Shown here piece by piece: positions 48,845-59,312 of a stretch of DNA of 64,000 nucleotides. Both the position numbers and the translations under genes were made by a program. The notes under the pieces were generated by a model. The model saw only the letters and a list, made by a program, of their open reading frames with translations, ran no database searches and was not told the DNA's origin. Source of the stretch: an uncultured bacterium (GTDB lineage: Bacteria > Auribacterota > Erginobacteria > Erginobacterales > Erginobacteraceae); NCBI GenBank assembly GCA_963822585.1, contig CAWGIE010000019.1:96001-160000 (forward strand), in the 5' to 3' direction. Each line of letters opens with the position of its first letter. The stretch's first letter is position 1.

Positions 48845-50824
48845 TCAAACCTTTGCCGCCGCCAGATCCTTAAACCGTTTTTCCTCGATACGCTCTACTT
48901 CCTGGGCGGATATCACATATTCCGTATTGTCCCTGGCCGCTATAAGTATTATGGAAGCGACCACCGCCGCCAGACTCAAAACAACCAGCCACCAGATGTA
49001 CCAGACCATCGCGAACCCGAACGTCAGGGCCAGGGCCCCGATCAGCGGTCCGTACGGAGTTTTTCTGGGCATGCGTATTTCATGATATTTTTGGGGTCGC
49101 GTATAAGCTACGCCCTTTTCTTTCCTATCCCAAAATTCATCGATGGTGTGAACCGTCGGGATAACGGCAAAATTATATTCAGCCGGCGGTGAAGCAGTCG
49201 CCCATTCCAGTGTACGCCCATCCCAGGGGTCTCCGGTCAGATCCAGGTTTTTTTTCCGGTCCTTAATGCTCACAATCAACTGTATCCCCGTGCAGATTAT
49301 GCCCAGTAAGACGATGAAAGCGCCGGCGGCGGCCACAATCAAAAATGGTTGCCAAGCAAGGTTGTCGTAATGTTCCATGCGACGGGGCATCCCCATGAAA
49401 CCCAGCATGTACAGAGGCATAAAGGCCAATATAAAACCGACAAACCATCCCCAGAAAGCACGTTTGCCCCATTTTTCATCCAGACGGAAACCGAATGCCT
49501 TGGGAAACCAATAGTTAAGCCCGGCAAAAAAGCCGAACAGGGCACCGGGAATGAGCACATTATGGAAGTGGGCGATCAAGAACAAACTATTATGTACTAC
49601 AAAATCGGCCGGTGGTATCGACATCAGTACACCGGTCATTCCGCCGATAACAAACAACATCAGGAAGCCCATCGTCCAGTACATAGGAATAGCGAACGTA
49701 ATACGCCCGCGGTACATGGTAAAGAGCCAGTCGTAAACCTTGACCCCGGTCGGGATGGCGATCAGCATGGTAGTAATACCAAAGAAGATGTTTACATCAG
49801 GGGCATTTCCCATCGTAAAAAAATGGTGAAGCCAGACGGTAAAAGACAACAACATGATAACTACCGTGGCGTATACCAATGACTTATAGCCGAAAAGACG
49901 TTTCCTGGAGAAGGTAGCCACTACTTCGGAATAGATTCCGAAGGCAGGAAGAATAACGATATATACTTCCGGATGCCCCCACATCCAGAAAAGGTTGTTC
50001 CACATCATCATATTACCCCCCAGATCGTTGGTGAAGAAATGCATGCCCAGATAACGATCCAGGGCCAAGAGAAGAAGGGCGGTTGTTAATACGGGGAAAG
50101 ACAAAACCATCAGCACGTTCGTGGTCAGGGTGGTCCAGACAAACATCGGCAGCCGCATGAAATTAAGGCCGGGGGCGCGCATTTTAATTATCGTAACAAG
50201 AAAGTTGATCGCCGTTAAAGTCGACCCGATCCCGGACAGCTGGACCGACCACATCCAGTAATCGACGCCCGCCCCGGAATTAAATCTTTTCTCAAAAAGA
50301 GGGGCCAGGCCCGACCAGCCGGTATTGGTAAATTGTCCTATACCCAATGAAATCATTAGCAGCGCGGCCCCGGCGACGGTTAACCAAAGGCTGACGGAGT
50401 TCAATAGAGGGAATGCCACATCGCGGGCTCCGATCTGTTGGGGAACTACAATGTTCATCAACCCGATCAAAAACGGCATGGCCACAAAAATGATCATAAT
50501 GGTTCCGTGTGAACTGAATATCTGGTCGAAATGATGCGGTACCAGATAACCATGGTTGGCACCCGCGGCCAGGGCCTGTTGCGACCGCATCAAGATGGCA
50601 TCGGAAATCCCGCGTAACAACATCACGAGAGCGAGGACGATATACATAATACCGATTTTTTTGTGGTCCAGGCTGGTCAGCCATTCGTGCCACAGATATG
50701 ACCACTTTTTAAAATACGTGATCAAAGCGAACACGATACCGAACAGTATGATGGCGCCGCCGACCGCGGCCATAATGACCGGATTATCGAAAGGTATTGC
50801 CGATATCGATAGTTTACCGAACAT
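48845..50824 (-). CDS. cyoB: Cytochrome bo3 quinol oxidase subunit I
   Basis: DHKKIG, WGHPEVY, WLHHFF, AHFH and GMPRR. Confidence 0.97.
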   Translation of the reverse strand: MFGKLSISAIPFDNPVIMAAVGGAIILFGIVFALITYFKKWSYLWHEWLTSLDHKKIGIMYIVLALVMLLRGISDAILMRSQQALAAGANHGYLVPHHFDQIFSSHGTIMIIFVAMPFLIGLMNIVVPQQIGARDVAFPLLNSVSLWLTVAGAALLMISLGIGQFTNTGWSGLAPLFEKRFNSGAGVDYWMWSVQLSGIGSTLTAINFLVTIIKMRAPGLNFMRLPMFVWTTLTTNVLMVLSFPVLTTALLLLALDRYLGMHFFTNDLGGNMMMWNNLFWMWGHPEVYIVILPAFGIYSEVVATFSRKRLFGYKSLVYATVVIMLLSFTVWLHHFFTMGNAPDVNIFFGITTMLIAIPTGVKVYDWLFTMYRGRITFAIPMYWTMGFLMLFVIGGMTGVLMSIPPADFVVHNSLFLIAHFHNVLIPGALFGFFAGLNYWFPKAFGFRLDEKWGKRAFWGWFVGFILAFMPLYMLGFMGMPRRMEHYDNLAWQPFLIVAAAGAFIVLLGIICTGIQLIVSIKDRKKNLDLTGDPWDGRTLEWATASPPAEYNFAVIPTVHTIDEFWDRKEKGVAYTRPQKYHEIRMPRKTPYGPLIGALALTFGFAMVWYIWWLVVLSLAAVVASIILIAARDNTEYVISAQEVERIEEKRFKDLAAAKV

Positions 50825-50877
50825 GGTAGTGATGCGTCCTTTTTTATGCTGCGGAACGAAAGAGAGCTATACCCGGC

Positions 50878-51774
50878 CTAAGGCATCCGCCTCATCTTCG
50901 CTTTCATGGCAGGCTCTCTTCCCATCCACCCCGTAAACTGCCTGACGATGTGATCGAACAACCCGGGTACAACTGATGAGTAGATCGTAACGGAATGATT
51001 AGCATGGGGCTCGCTCAGCGCCTGGTATTCCGCCATGCTTAAGGTATCCGGGCTTTTCTTGGAGTTTTGCACCCAGACCTCAAATTGCACCGGTGTTTTA
51101 ACTATAGCTTTAAAATGCATGGTAACATAACCCGGGCCGCTGAATTCCTGGTTATGGCCGTTAAAAATTCCGGTTTCATCAGCCAGGAGATGCAACTGGG
51201 TCTGCATGCCGGCCATGGCATACATCTGACTTCCCAGCTGAGGGATGAAGAAAGACGTCATTACCGTAGCAGATGTAAGTCGGAGACTCAAAGGCGTATT
51301 CGCCGGGAAAACAACTTCATTGAGCGTGGCAATATTGTAATCAGGATAGATAAACAGCCAGTTCCAATCCAGCGACACGACTTCAACCCGCAGCGGTTTT
51401 GCCTCTGATTGAATGGGCTTGTATGGATCCAACCGGTAGGTGGTCGTCCAGGTTAAATAGGAAAGGAAGAGGACAATGATTATAGGGGCCAACCATACAA
51501 CTATTTCAATTTTTTTTGATTTTGCCCAATCGGGTCTGTAAGCGGCTTTTTTGTTTGTGGCTCTGTATCTGATAGCGAACCAGAGCGCCATAACAAAAAC
51601 AGGAACCACTACTATCATCATCAGCGCAAACGCGGTATATATGAGGGATACTTCCTCACGAGCTACAGGTCCTTTCGGGTGGAGTACAAGCGACTCGCTG
51701 CAACCAGGTAAAAAAGTCATGGCTAACAATAATCCGCCCGCCATGAATAAGTTGAAAAAACCATTTGCCTTCAT
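50878..51774 (-). CDS. cyoA: Cytochrome bo3 quinol oxidase subunit II
   Basis: Lipobox LPGC, LHPKGPV and SFFIPQLGSQMYAMAGM; no CuA cysteines, so quinol type. Confidence 0.93.
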   Translation of the reverse strand: MKANGFFNLFMAGGLLLAMTFLPGCSESLVLHPKGPVAREEVSLIYTAFALMMIVVVPVFVMALWFAIRYRATNKKAAYRPDWAKSKKIEIVVWLAPIIIVLFLSYLTWTTTYRLDPYKPIQSEAKPLRVEVVSLDWNWLFIYPDYNIATLNEVVFPANTPLSLRLTSATVMTSFFIPQLGSQMYAMAGMQTQLHLLADETGIFNGHNQEFSGPGYVTMHFKAIVKTPVQFEVWVQNSKKSPDTLSMAEYQALSEPHANHSVTIYSSVVPGLFDHIVRQFTGWMGREPAMKAKMRRMP

Positions 51775-51829
51775 TGCATACTCAAAGATGCAAATAATAT
51801 CGTTACCCGTTCAAGGTGACGAATAAAGG

Positions 51830-52699
51830 ATGCTCAATTCAGTGCGACTATTACGTGCTTATTGGAGGTTAACAAAACCCCGCGTTACGGCAGTAGTCAT
51901 TTTGGCTTCAGTCTCAGGATATTTTTTGGCCGGACACGAGAGCATTTTCGATCCAAGGTTGTTGTATCTTGTCGCGGGAATCGTCTTAAGCTGTTCGGGA
52001 GCTGCCGTATTAAATCAATACCTGGAGCGCAACCTGGATGCCAAAATGCGGCATACCCGCGATCGGCCGTTGCCGGCCGGGACAGTGCAACCTGTCCATA
52101 TCTTGAATTTCGGCACCGTTTTTATTCTCGCCGGCATAATCATATTATGCGTGGGCGTAAATTTATTAACCGCTTTCTTGAGTCTGTTGACCGCTTTTAT
52201 TTATATCATGATTTATACGCCGATGAAGCGGATCAGCTGGCTCAGTACAAGTCTCGGGGCTGTTTCCGGTGCGTTGCCCGCGGTAGCCGGATGGGCCGCG
52301 GCTTCCGGAACGATCAGTCTCGGGGCGTGGATATTATTTTTAATTCTTTTCATATGGCAGCATCCGCACTTTTATTCCATTGCCTGGTTGTATCGCGAGG
52401 ATTACAAGACCGGCGGATTTAAAACATTATCCGTTATCGATACCAGTGGCCACAGGATATTCAAACACGTTTTTATTTATTCGCTGATCCTTATTCCCGT
52501 TTCTTTTTTACCTTACGTTTTTGGTTTATCGAGCGGATGGTACGGCGCCGGCTCATTAACGATCGGGATCATTCTGCTCATTTTCAGCGCCAAACTTTTT
52601 TTTTCGCGATCCGACAGAGATGCCAGGAGATTATTCAAAGCGACCGTAGTCTACCTGCCGACGCTCTTAATGCTGATCATTCTGGATAAGTTGCTTTAA
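51830..52699 (+). CDS. cyoE: Protoheme IX farnesyltransferase (heme o synthase)
   Basis: LTKPRV, DAKMRHTRDRPLP, YTPMKR and WQHPHF. Confidence 0.95.
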   Translation: MLNSVRLLRAYWRLTKPRVTAVVILASVSGYFLAGHESIFDPRLLYLVAGIVLSCSGAAVLNQYLERNLDAKMRHTRDRPLPAGTVQPVHILNFGTVFILAGIIILCVGVNLLTAFLSLLTAFIYIMIYTPMKRISWLSTSLGAVSGALPAVAGWAAASGTISLGAWILFLILFIWQHPHFYSIAWLYREDYKTGGFKTLSVIDTSGHRIFKHVFIYSLILIPVSFLPYVFGLSSGWYGAGSLTIGIILLIFSAKLFFSRSDRDARRLFKATVVYLPTLLMLIILDKLL

Positions 52700-52925
52700 A
52701 TCAGGAATAATCGGAACACTACCGGCAACATGTTACATTTTGAGAGTAAAGAGCGTGTTGGACAAGTATTGTTTGCTACGGCAAAGCAGACGGTAACGGC
52801 GAATTGAAAACAGGGATGAACCAGCTGAAGATGCAACCACTCCATCGAATTTCCTCCCGACCGGATCGGCGCCAGGTGCCACCGGTCTTCTCCCGGCGGC
52901 GGCGCGGGAAGCCGCCGTCTTTCTC

Positions 52926-53681
52926 CTAAAAGCACGCTACCGGCCCGAAGAGAAACGACTGGTCGGTGGTGGTGGAATGCTCCATGTAATCGTAGCGAGC
53001 CATCACTCCCCAATGCCGGGTCAAACCGACCACGAAGCGGGCGTGGAGCGTCTGAAAATTTTCCTTCATCCCCTGACTGTCCTGATAGTAGTACTTGGCG
53101 GCGGCTTCCAGCATCCGCCATCGCCAGGCGAGCGAGAGACCGTACAGATAAGAATCGTTATTGCGATTGCCGTAGGTCGTGCGCACCCGCTCCCAGGCAT
53201 ATCCGAGATAGGGATTAAGGAAGAGGTGCAAGCCGGCAAGGCGGACAACCGGTCCAGCCTTTACCAGGGGGACGTGGACGTCGATCTCGACCGGATCGGT
53301 GTCAATGCGGTGGTAGAGGTAGCCGGCGCCCAGGTTCCAGGTCAGGTTCGCCTGGGGGTCGCCATAGTAATTGGTGAAGAGGAAGTTGCCCAGCACGTTG
53401 GCCTGGTTGACGTTGGTATAGAAGAGAAAGTCGTTCACGACCAGATGAGGGCTGATCAGGAGGAAGAAGAGGCCGTATTCGGGGGAGGTTTCAGTCTGTT
53501 CCGCGGTCCGGCCTCCGGGCATCTCCATCTTGAGCGTGTCCCGGTTCCAGCCGAAGATCGGGCTGATCAGGCAGATGGTCGTATCGCTGACCGCTGCGCC
53601 CTCGCTGTCCACCTTATCGGCGACCGCCGCTTCGTTTATGACCAGCGTCAGCAGTGCCAGGGTCGCCCACGTCTTTGTCAT
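52926..53681 (-). CDS. Putative outer-membrane beta-barrel protein
   Basis: Signal peptide, alternating aromatic/polar strands and a terminal Phe. Confidence 0.6.
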   Translation of the reverse strand: MTKTWATLALLTLVINEAAVADKVDSEGAAVSDTTICLISPIFGWNRDTLKMEMPGGRTAEQTETSPEYGLFFLLISPHLVVNDFLFYTNVNQANVLGNFLFTNYYGDPQANLTWNLGAGYLYHRIDTDPVEIDVHVPLVKAGPVVRLAGLHLFLNPYLGYAWERVRTTYGNRNNDSYLYGLSLAWRWRMLEAAAKYYYQDSQGMKENFQTLHARFVVGLTRHWGVMARYDYMEHSTTTDQSFLFGPVACF

Positions 53682-53850
53682 CCCTTTTTTCCTTCTGCGG
53701 AACCGAACTTAAGATTCATAAGAAATCGCTCTGGGGCGAGAAGGTCTTTTGCCGGTTGGGCGGGCCCGGGAAGGGCTTTCTCGAAGAGCAGGGTAACAAA
53801 ATCCGGGAGGGATGGCAAGTCCGGGCGCGGGTGAAGGAATCCATAATTCC

Positions 53851-53895
53851 GGGGACACACTACTTAATTATTGCAGAATTAAGTAGTGTGTCCCC
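53851..53895. repeat. Palindrome with perfect 19-bp arms
   Basis: GGGGACACACTACTTAATT-attgcag-AATTAAGTAGTGTGTCCCC. Confidence 0.85.
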
Positions 53896-53991
53896 AGAAT
53901 TGTCCCGGTAAAACTCTTTGGACTTACGGAGATAAATCTCATACCGGCTCTCCGGTATCTCTCGTATCTTCGGTCTACGGGCTGCAGTCAT
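53860..53991 (-). pseudogene. Truncated HEPN-like toxin gene (43 aa)
   Basis: ATGA-coupled to the MNT gene; MTAARRPKIREIPESRYEIYLRKSKEFYR then runs into the palindrome and stops. Confidence 0.55.
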
Positions 53992-54611
53992 GCCAATATC
54001 CTCTCGATCGGTTCCCCGTAAATCAGCTGATTGTTCGAAAGGATGGACTTAACCAGGGGCAGTTTCTGGTCTCGTTTCTTCTTTAATTCTCTTCGGGTGA
54101 CAACATAGGGTGACAGAGTAATTCCGTTCTTCTCAGCCAACCTGATACTCAATTCATCAATGATTCTCTGGATCGCCTGTTTGCCCAAGGCGTTTTGTGT
54201 CACCACCAACAGATCGAGATCACTTCTCTCCGTCTCTCTTCTCGAAGCAACGCTACCGAAGATAGCAATAGCGATCACTTCTTGCTTGGCTGAAAGAATA
54301 CCGGATTTTAAATCTTTGATCAGATCCTTATACAGAGTCTCCTCCGCCTCGAAAAGAGGCCTGAGGAGCTTCTGGACGATATGGCTTCTCCTCCGGAGGC
54401 TGAAAAGCCTGGCTTTACCCTTTTCTCTCGCCTCAACCAATCCTTCGGAAGTAAGGGCCGAGAGTATTAAGTGAGCCATGGAAGGACTCAGCCCGACGGC
54501 ACGGGCAATTGCCCGGCCGGTGTTTTCATCGTCCTCCCGGAAGAGATACCTCAGTACCTTCACTCTGGAGCCGCTACTGAGTATTTCATCGAGCTTGTCG
54601 TGTACTTTCAT
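53988..54611 (-). CDS. HTH plus minimal nucleotidyltransferase (MntA-like antitoxin)
   Basis: N-terminal wHTH (TGRAIARAVGLS) and FGSVASRRETERSDLDL (GSx10DxD); RBS AGGAG. Confidence 0.85.
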   Translation of the reverse strand: MKVHDKLDEILSSGSRVKVLRYLFREDDENTGRAIARAVGLSPSMAHLILSALTSEGLVEAREKGKARLFSLRRRSHIVQKLLRPLFEAEETLYKDLIKDLKSGILSAKQEVIAIAIFGSVASRRETERSDLDLLVVTQNALGKQAIQRIIDELSIRLAEKNGITLSPYVVTRRELKKKRDQKLPLVKSILSNNQLIYGEPIERILA

Positions 54612-54627
54612 CGAAGCATCTCCTGGA

Positions 54628-54669
54628 TATGTTCTATATATCGAACATATGTTCGATATATAGAACATA
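54628..54669. promoter_or_regulatory. Perfect 42-bp palindromic operator upstream of HTH-MNT
   Basis: TATGTTCTATATATCGAACATATGTTCGATATATAGAACATA equals its own reverse complement. Confidence 0.7.
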
Positions 54670-54715
54670 ATATACATTAAGATCCCCTTCCATTTTTGTC
54701 AAGGGAGATTCTTAC

Positions 54716-54954
54716 AAGGTCGGATTTCCCTCACAAAGTAAGTTTATCCTGAACCGAGGTGAAGGAGGACAAGCTCACAACAATTCAAATCTACGCTCAC
54801 ATTTAAAGAGAGGAACCTTCGAAGGAGGCTCCTCTCTTTAAAGCCGAAGGTCGGATTCCCTTCGACTCACTTCGTTCGCTCATGGCAAGCTCACCACGCT
54901 CCGAATCTACACTCCAAATTAAAAAGGATGGGCCCAAAGGGCCCATCCTTTTTA
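54716..54954 (-). repeat. Two tRNA-linked repeat units of about 115-130 bp downstream of tRNA-Thr
   Basis: Each unit has a tRNA 3'-end copy (AAGGTCGGATT), CAAGCTCAC..AATCTAC and a terminator-like hairpin. Confidence 0.75.
54921..54953. terminator. Intrinsic (bidirectional) terminator after tRNA-Thr
   Basis: AAAAAGGATGGGCCC-aaa-GGGCCCATCCTTTTT. Confidence 0.8.
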
Positions 54955-55027
54955 AGCCGAAGGTCGGATTCGAACCGACGACCTGATCATTACGAATGAC
55001 CTGCTCTACCAGCTGAGCTACTTCGGC
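54955..55027 (-). tRNA. tRNA-Thr(CGT)
   Basis: The reverse complement GCCGAAGTAGCTCAGCTGGTAGAGCAGGTCATTCGTAATGATCAGGTCGTCGGTTCGAATCCGACCTTCGGCT folds as a cloverleaf with anticodon CGT; CCA is not encoded. Confidence 0.96.
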
Positions 55028-55260
55028 GTATTCTCAATCCTGACTTAGAATATTATTTAATGGGTATTGTGCTATCTCCTACCAGCCCCCGACAGCTTTC
55101 AGCCGTCGGGGTGTAAGGGCTTCATCAATTTTAGCTTCGCTTCGCTCTCCTAAAATTGTGAATCCCTAACATGAGCTACTTCGGCAATCTCAAATCAGCT
55201 TTGCTGATTTGAGAGTAATGTAATCTCTTCCCGCATGGATTTCAAATATAAAGTTAATGG

Positions 55261-55347
55261 GCACTTAGGTATTCCTGCCTGTGCGATAAAGTAACACAGA
55301 CATTCCTGTCTGTGCAGTATAAGGTGACACAGACATTCCTGTCTGTG
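55261..55347. repeat. Three tandem REP-like hairpins CACAGACATTCCTGTCTGTG
   Basis: Two exact copies and one degenerate copy, spaced about 33 bp apart. Confidence 0.7.
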
Positions 55348-55560
55348 CCGGATCCCAGCGAATTCAGGAGATTTCACCGGCAGATCCGTCGGTGGCACCG
55401 GCTCCGCCGAAGTAAATGGATATATTCATCATGAACCTCCCCTCATGAACTTCCACCTTGACGTTTTTCCAGGCCGCGAATATACTATTGGCGGGGTGTA
55501 CAGTAACCGAATCATCCCCGATCCCCGGAAAACCGCCGGTCGATTCGAGAGGTGCGGACA

Positions 55561-58500
55561 ATGAATAACGATAACAAAACCGACGCCGATATATTCCGAT
55601 CGATTTTCGAAGGCGCCAATGACGTCATCACCTTCGTTGACCGCTCCGGAAAAATCATCAACGTAAATCCAAAGGTCAAAGAAGTCCTTGGCTATGAGCC
55701 CGAAGAGATCATCGGGAAGAATTTCGCCCGTCTGAAGCTCATCCAACTCAAGGACGTACCGAAGCTGGTCAAACTTTTTAAAAACACGATCAGAAGGGGA
55801 AAAGTGAAACCGATCATGGAACTCGAACTGAAACGAAAAGGGGGGGGCACGGTTCCGGTTGAAGTCGGGACAAGTTTCATCAGGGAGAACGGAAAGGTCC
55901 GCTGGGTGGTGAACGTGTACCGGGATATCAGCGAGAGGAAAAAGATGGAGGGAATGCTCCGCCGGTCTCACGATGAACTGGAAAAGCGGGTGGAAGAACG
56001 TACAAAAGAACTCAAAGAAGCCAACCGCCGGCTGAAGACTGAGATCAAAGAACGTAGGCAAACTGAGCGCGACCTGAGGCTGTTTCAGGGGCTCATCGAT
56101 GGTTCGAGAGACTTCATTTCCATCATTGATCTGGAGAGCGGACGATACATCTACGTTAATAAAACCGTTTGTCAGAGAACCGGGTATTCGCGGGAACAAT
56201 GGCGAAAGATGCGTGTATCCGACATTGACCCCACGGTTACCGAATCCTGGGACGCGGAGAGAGAACGGAAGCGGCGGAAAAAGGAAAAAATCTACATCCG
56301 CGAAGGCCAGCTTAAAAAGAAAGACGGCATCGTTATTCCCCTGGAGATCGTCTCCTCAATTGTACATAGCGCCGGGAAAGATTATCTGGTCGCCTCCGCC
56401 CGTGATATCACCCAGCGTAAGCAGGCGGAGGAAGATGTGGGCGAGGCAAAGACGGATAGAAAAATATCAGATGATTGGTCCTAAACGCGGCGGAGGGAAT
56501 CACGCTGTCGCCACAAAAGAGCACCATTCTGGAGGTAAATCCCCGGGCACTGGAGATAGCGATGATGGAGCGGGAGGACCTCATCGGGAAAAACTTCATC
56601 CGGCTGATTCCCCGCCCAAAGATGAGCGTTCCCGCCGCGCTCGCCACGTTCAAACAACTGCTGCGCGGAAAACCCCTGAACCAGGTCGAGTGGACCTTGA
56701 CCAACAAGCAGGGGAAAGGAAATCACCATCGAGTGCAAGCATTCGCTCATCAAACGGGATGGGAAGAGGGTGTTAGGTCTGATGGCTACCGTCGAGGACA
56801 TCACCGAGCGCAAGCAGGCTGAGGAAAAAATTAAAATATTTCCCGATGCTATCGCTTCTGCCTTTGATTGCTATCCTGCTTACTGACGGAATTTAAGGAA
56901 TCAATTACTTTCGCAAATCAGTCCGCTATGAGCGACATTTGGATATACCCACGAGGAATTCTTGAAGCTAAGCATACCTGAAATCGACGCGGATCCAGAG
57001 TTTGCCAAAAAAATTGTGCGGGCGATCCAGAAGACAGAGGAAAATGGAGCGGTGGGACAATCGACATTAAAAAGAATAAGGAAACATTTCCTTGCCCTTC
57101 TATCCGCGTTTAAAATTCGAAAGATGAAAAGGGCAACCCAAAAGGGACGATGGGGATTATTCGAGACATTTCCGAGCTCAAGAAGACGGTGGAGGCGCTG
57201 CGTGAAAATGAGGCGCGCTACCGCGGGTTGTTTGACAATATCAGCAGTGGCGTGGCGATATATGAAGTCCGTGACAATGGAAAGGATTTCATTTTCAAGG
57301 ATTTCAATAAAGCGGGCGAGCGCTTAGACGACAACTGCAGGGAAGAACTGGTCGGTAAATCGATTTATGATGTCCGTCCGGGCATCAAGGAGTTCGGACT
57401 TCTGGATGTCTTCCGACGGGTTTGGAAAACAGGCCTATCGGAGCATTAATCCCCAGCAAGATGTACCAGGATGAGCAGATTGCAAAGTACTATGAAAATT
57501 TTGTGTACCGTCTGCCAAACGGGGAGATTGTGGCGGTTTATCAAGACGTTACCGAACGCAAACGGGCGGAGAAGGCGCTGCAGATCAGTGAAGCCCAGCT
57601 GTCCAACGCCATGGAGATCGCCAAGCTGGGGTATTGGGAGTACGACGTAGCCGAAGACCTGTTCACTTTCAACGATCACTTTTACTCGATTTTCCGCACG
57701 TCGGCCGAGAGGGTCGGCGGATATCAAATATCGTCCGCCCGGTACGCTCAGCTCTTCCTGCATCCTGATGACAGACCGCTGGTAGCCGCTGAGATAAAAA
57801 AATCCCTGGAAACCGCCGATCCGCATTTCAGCCGCCAACTGGAACACCGCATTATCTATGCCGACGGCGAACCAGGCTACATTTCCGTCCGCTTCTTCAT
57901 CGTTAAAGATAAACAGGGTCGAACGGTCAAGACTTTCGGCGCGAATCAGGACATCACCGAGCAAAAGCGCCCGGCCGAGGAATTACGGAAGATGCAAAAG
58001 CATCTGGAAGGCACCGTTAACGCGTTGCCCGATTTAATGTTCGAAGTGGACGCCCAGGGCCGAATTTATAATTATCATACCCCGACTCTCCAAATACTTT
58101 ATGTGCCTCCAGAGAAATTTCTGAACAAGACTTTCAGACAGGTACTTCCAAAGGATGCGGCGGATACCATTATGAGAAGCATCGCGGCGGCCGCCGAGAA
58201 AGGATATCACCGCGGCGCAACCTATTCTCTGAAAATGCCGGAAGGTCTTTGCTGGTTCGAGCTTTCGATTTCCGTCTGGGGCAATCCCAAGTCACCGGAG
58301 TGCCGGTTCATAGTCTTGGTGCGCGATATCACCGAGCGCATAAAGCTGGAGGAGAACTTATTGAGGTCGCGGGAGCAGCTGCATAAGCTCACCCAGCATC
58401 TGGAAGCGGTGCGGGAAGAAGAGCAGCAGCGCATCTCCCGGGAACTCCATGATGAACTGGGTCAGGTGCTGACCGCCTTGAAGATCGATGTCTCCTGGTT

Positions 58501-59053
58501 GAAAAAGAGACCGGCGGCCTTTCAGGATAAAGCCGTCTCGGAAAAAATTCATACGATGGCCGAGTTGATCGACCAGACGATTGAAACAACGAAGAGAATT
58601 TCCACCGCACTGCGGCCGGCGATACTCGATGACCTGGGCCTCATTCCGGCGGTCGAGTGGCAGATAAACGAATTTACAAAGCACTCGGGGATCAAAGGCG
58701 CTTTTTCCGTCACGCCGCCGGAAATCATCGTCCCCCCGGAGATCGCAACCGCGGTCTTCCGCATCCTGCAGGAGTCGTTGACGAACATACTCCGTTACGC
58801 GAATGCCACCAGAGTGAAAATCAGCCTGAACGCGACGGGAGAACAGATCGAATTGAAGGTGCGGGACAACGGCAAGGGAATCAACAAAGAGAAAATTAAA
58901 GGTCCTCTATCGTTTGGTTTGATCGGCATGCGGGAGCGGCTTTATCCCTTCGGAGGTGCCCTGGATATCAAAGGCCGGAAAGGCAAGGGAACCACCGTCT
59001 CCGTCGTCATTCCTTTGAGACCGAGCCATAAAAAAGAGAAAAAAGAGGAATAA
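55561..59053 (+). pseudogene. Multi-PAS HisKA_3 (NarX/UhpB-type) sensor kinase broken by several frameshifts
   Basis: PAS/PAC fragments (DITERK motifs) switch frame repeatedly between about 56430 and 57450. The C-terminal part is intact, with ISRELHDELGQ, QESLTN, DNGKG and GLIGMRER. This may be an assembly error. Confidence 0.7.
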
Positions 59054-59097
59054 AAAGTAGGTTAGTTACGACTAATGGGGTGAAGACAACATTAATA

Positions 59098-59282
59098 TTT
59101 CCGATTTCCGATTGCCAATTGCCGATTGATTTTAATTTTCGATTGCCGAATGCCGATTGCCGATTGATTTTAATTTTCGATTGCCGAATGCCAATTGCCG
59201 ATTGATTTTAATTTTCGATTGCCGATTGCCGATTGCCGATTGATTTTAATTTTCGATTGCCGAATGTCAATTGCCGATTGTT
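59098..59282 (+). repeat. Tandem repeat with a 38-bp period (four full units) built from CGATTGC heptamers
   Basis: GATTTTAATTTTC starts at 59128, 59166, 59204 and 59242. Confidence 0.9.
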
Positions 59283-59312
59283 GATTAGCTTTGAAAAATA
59301 TCGGCGATAAGA

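Noticed and set aside
59098..59282. CRISPR array
   Set aside because: The units are contiguous near-identical 38-mers with no unique spacers, and there are no cas genes in the window.
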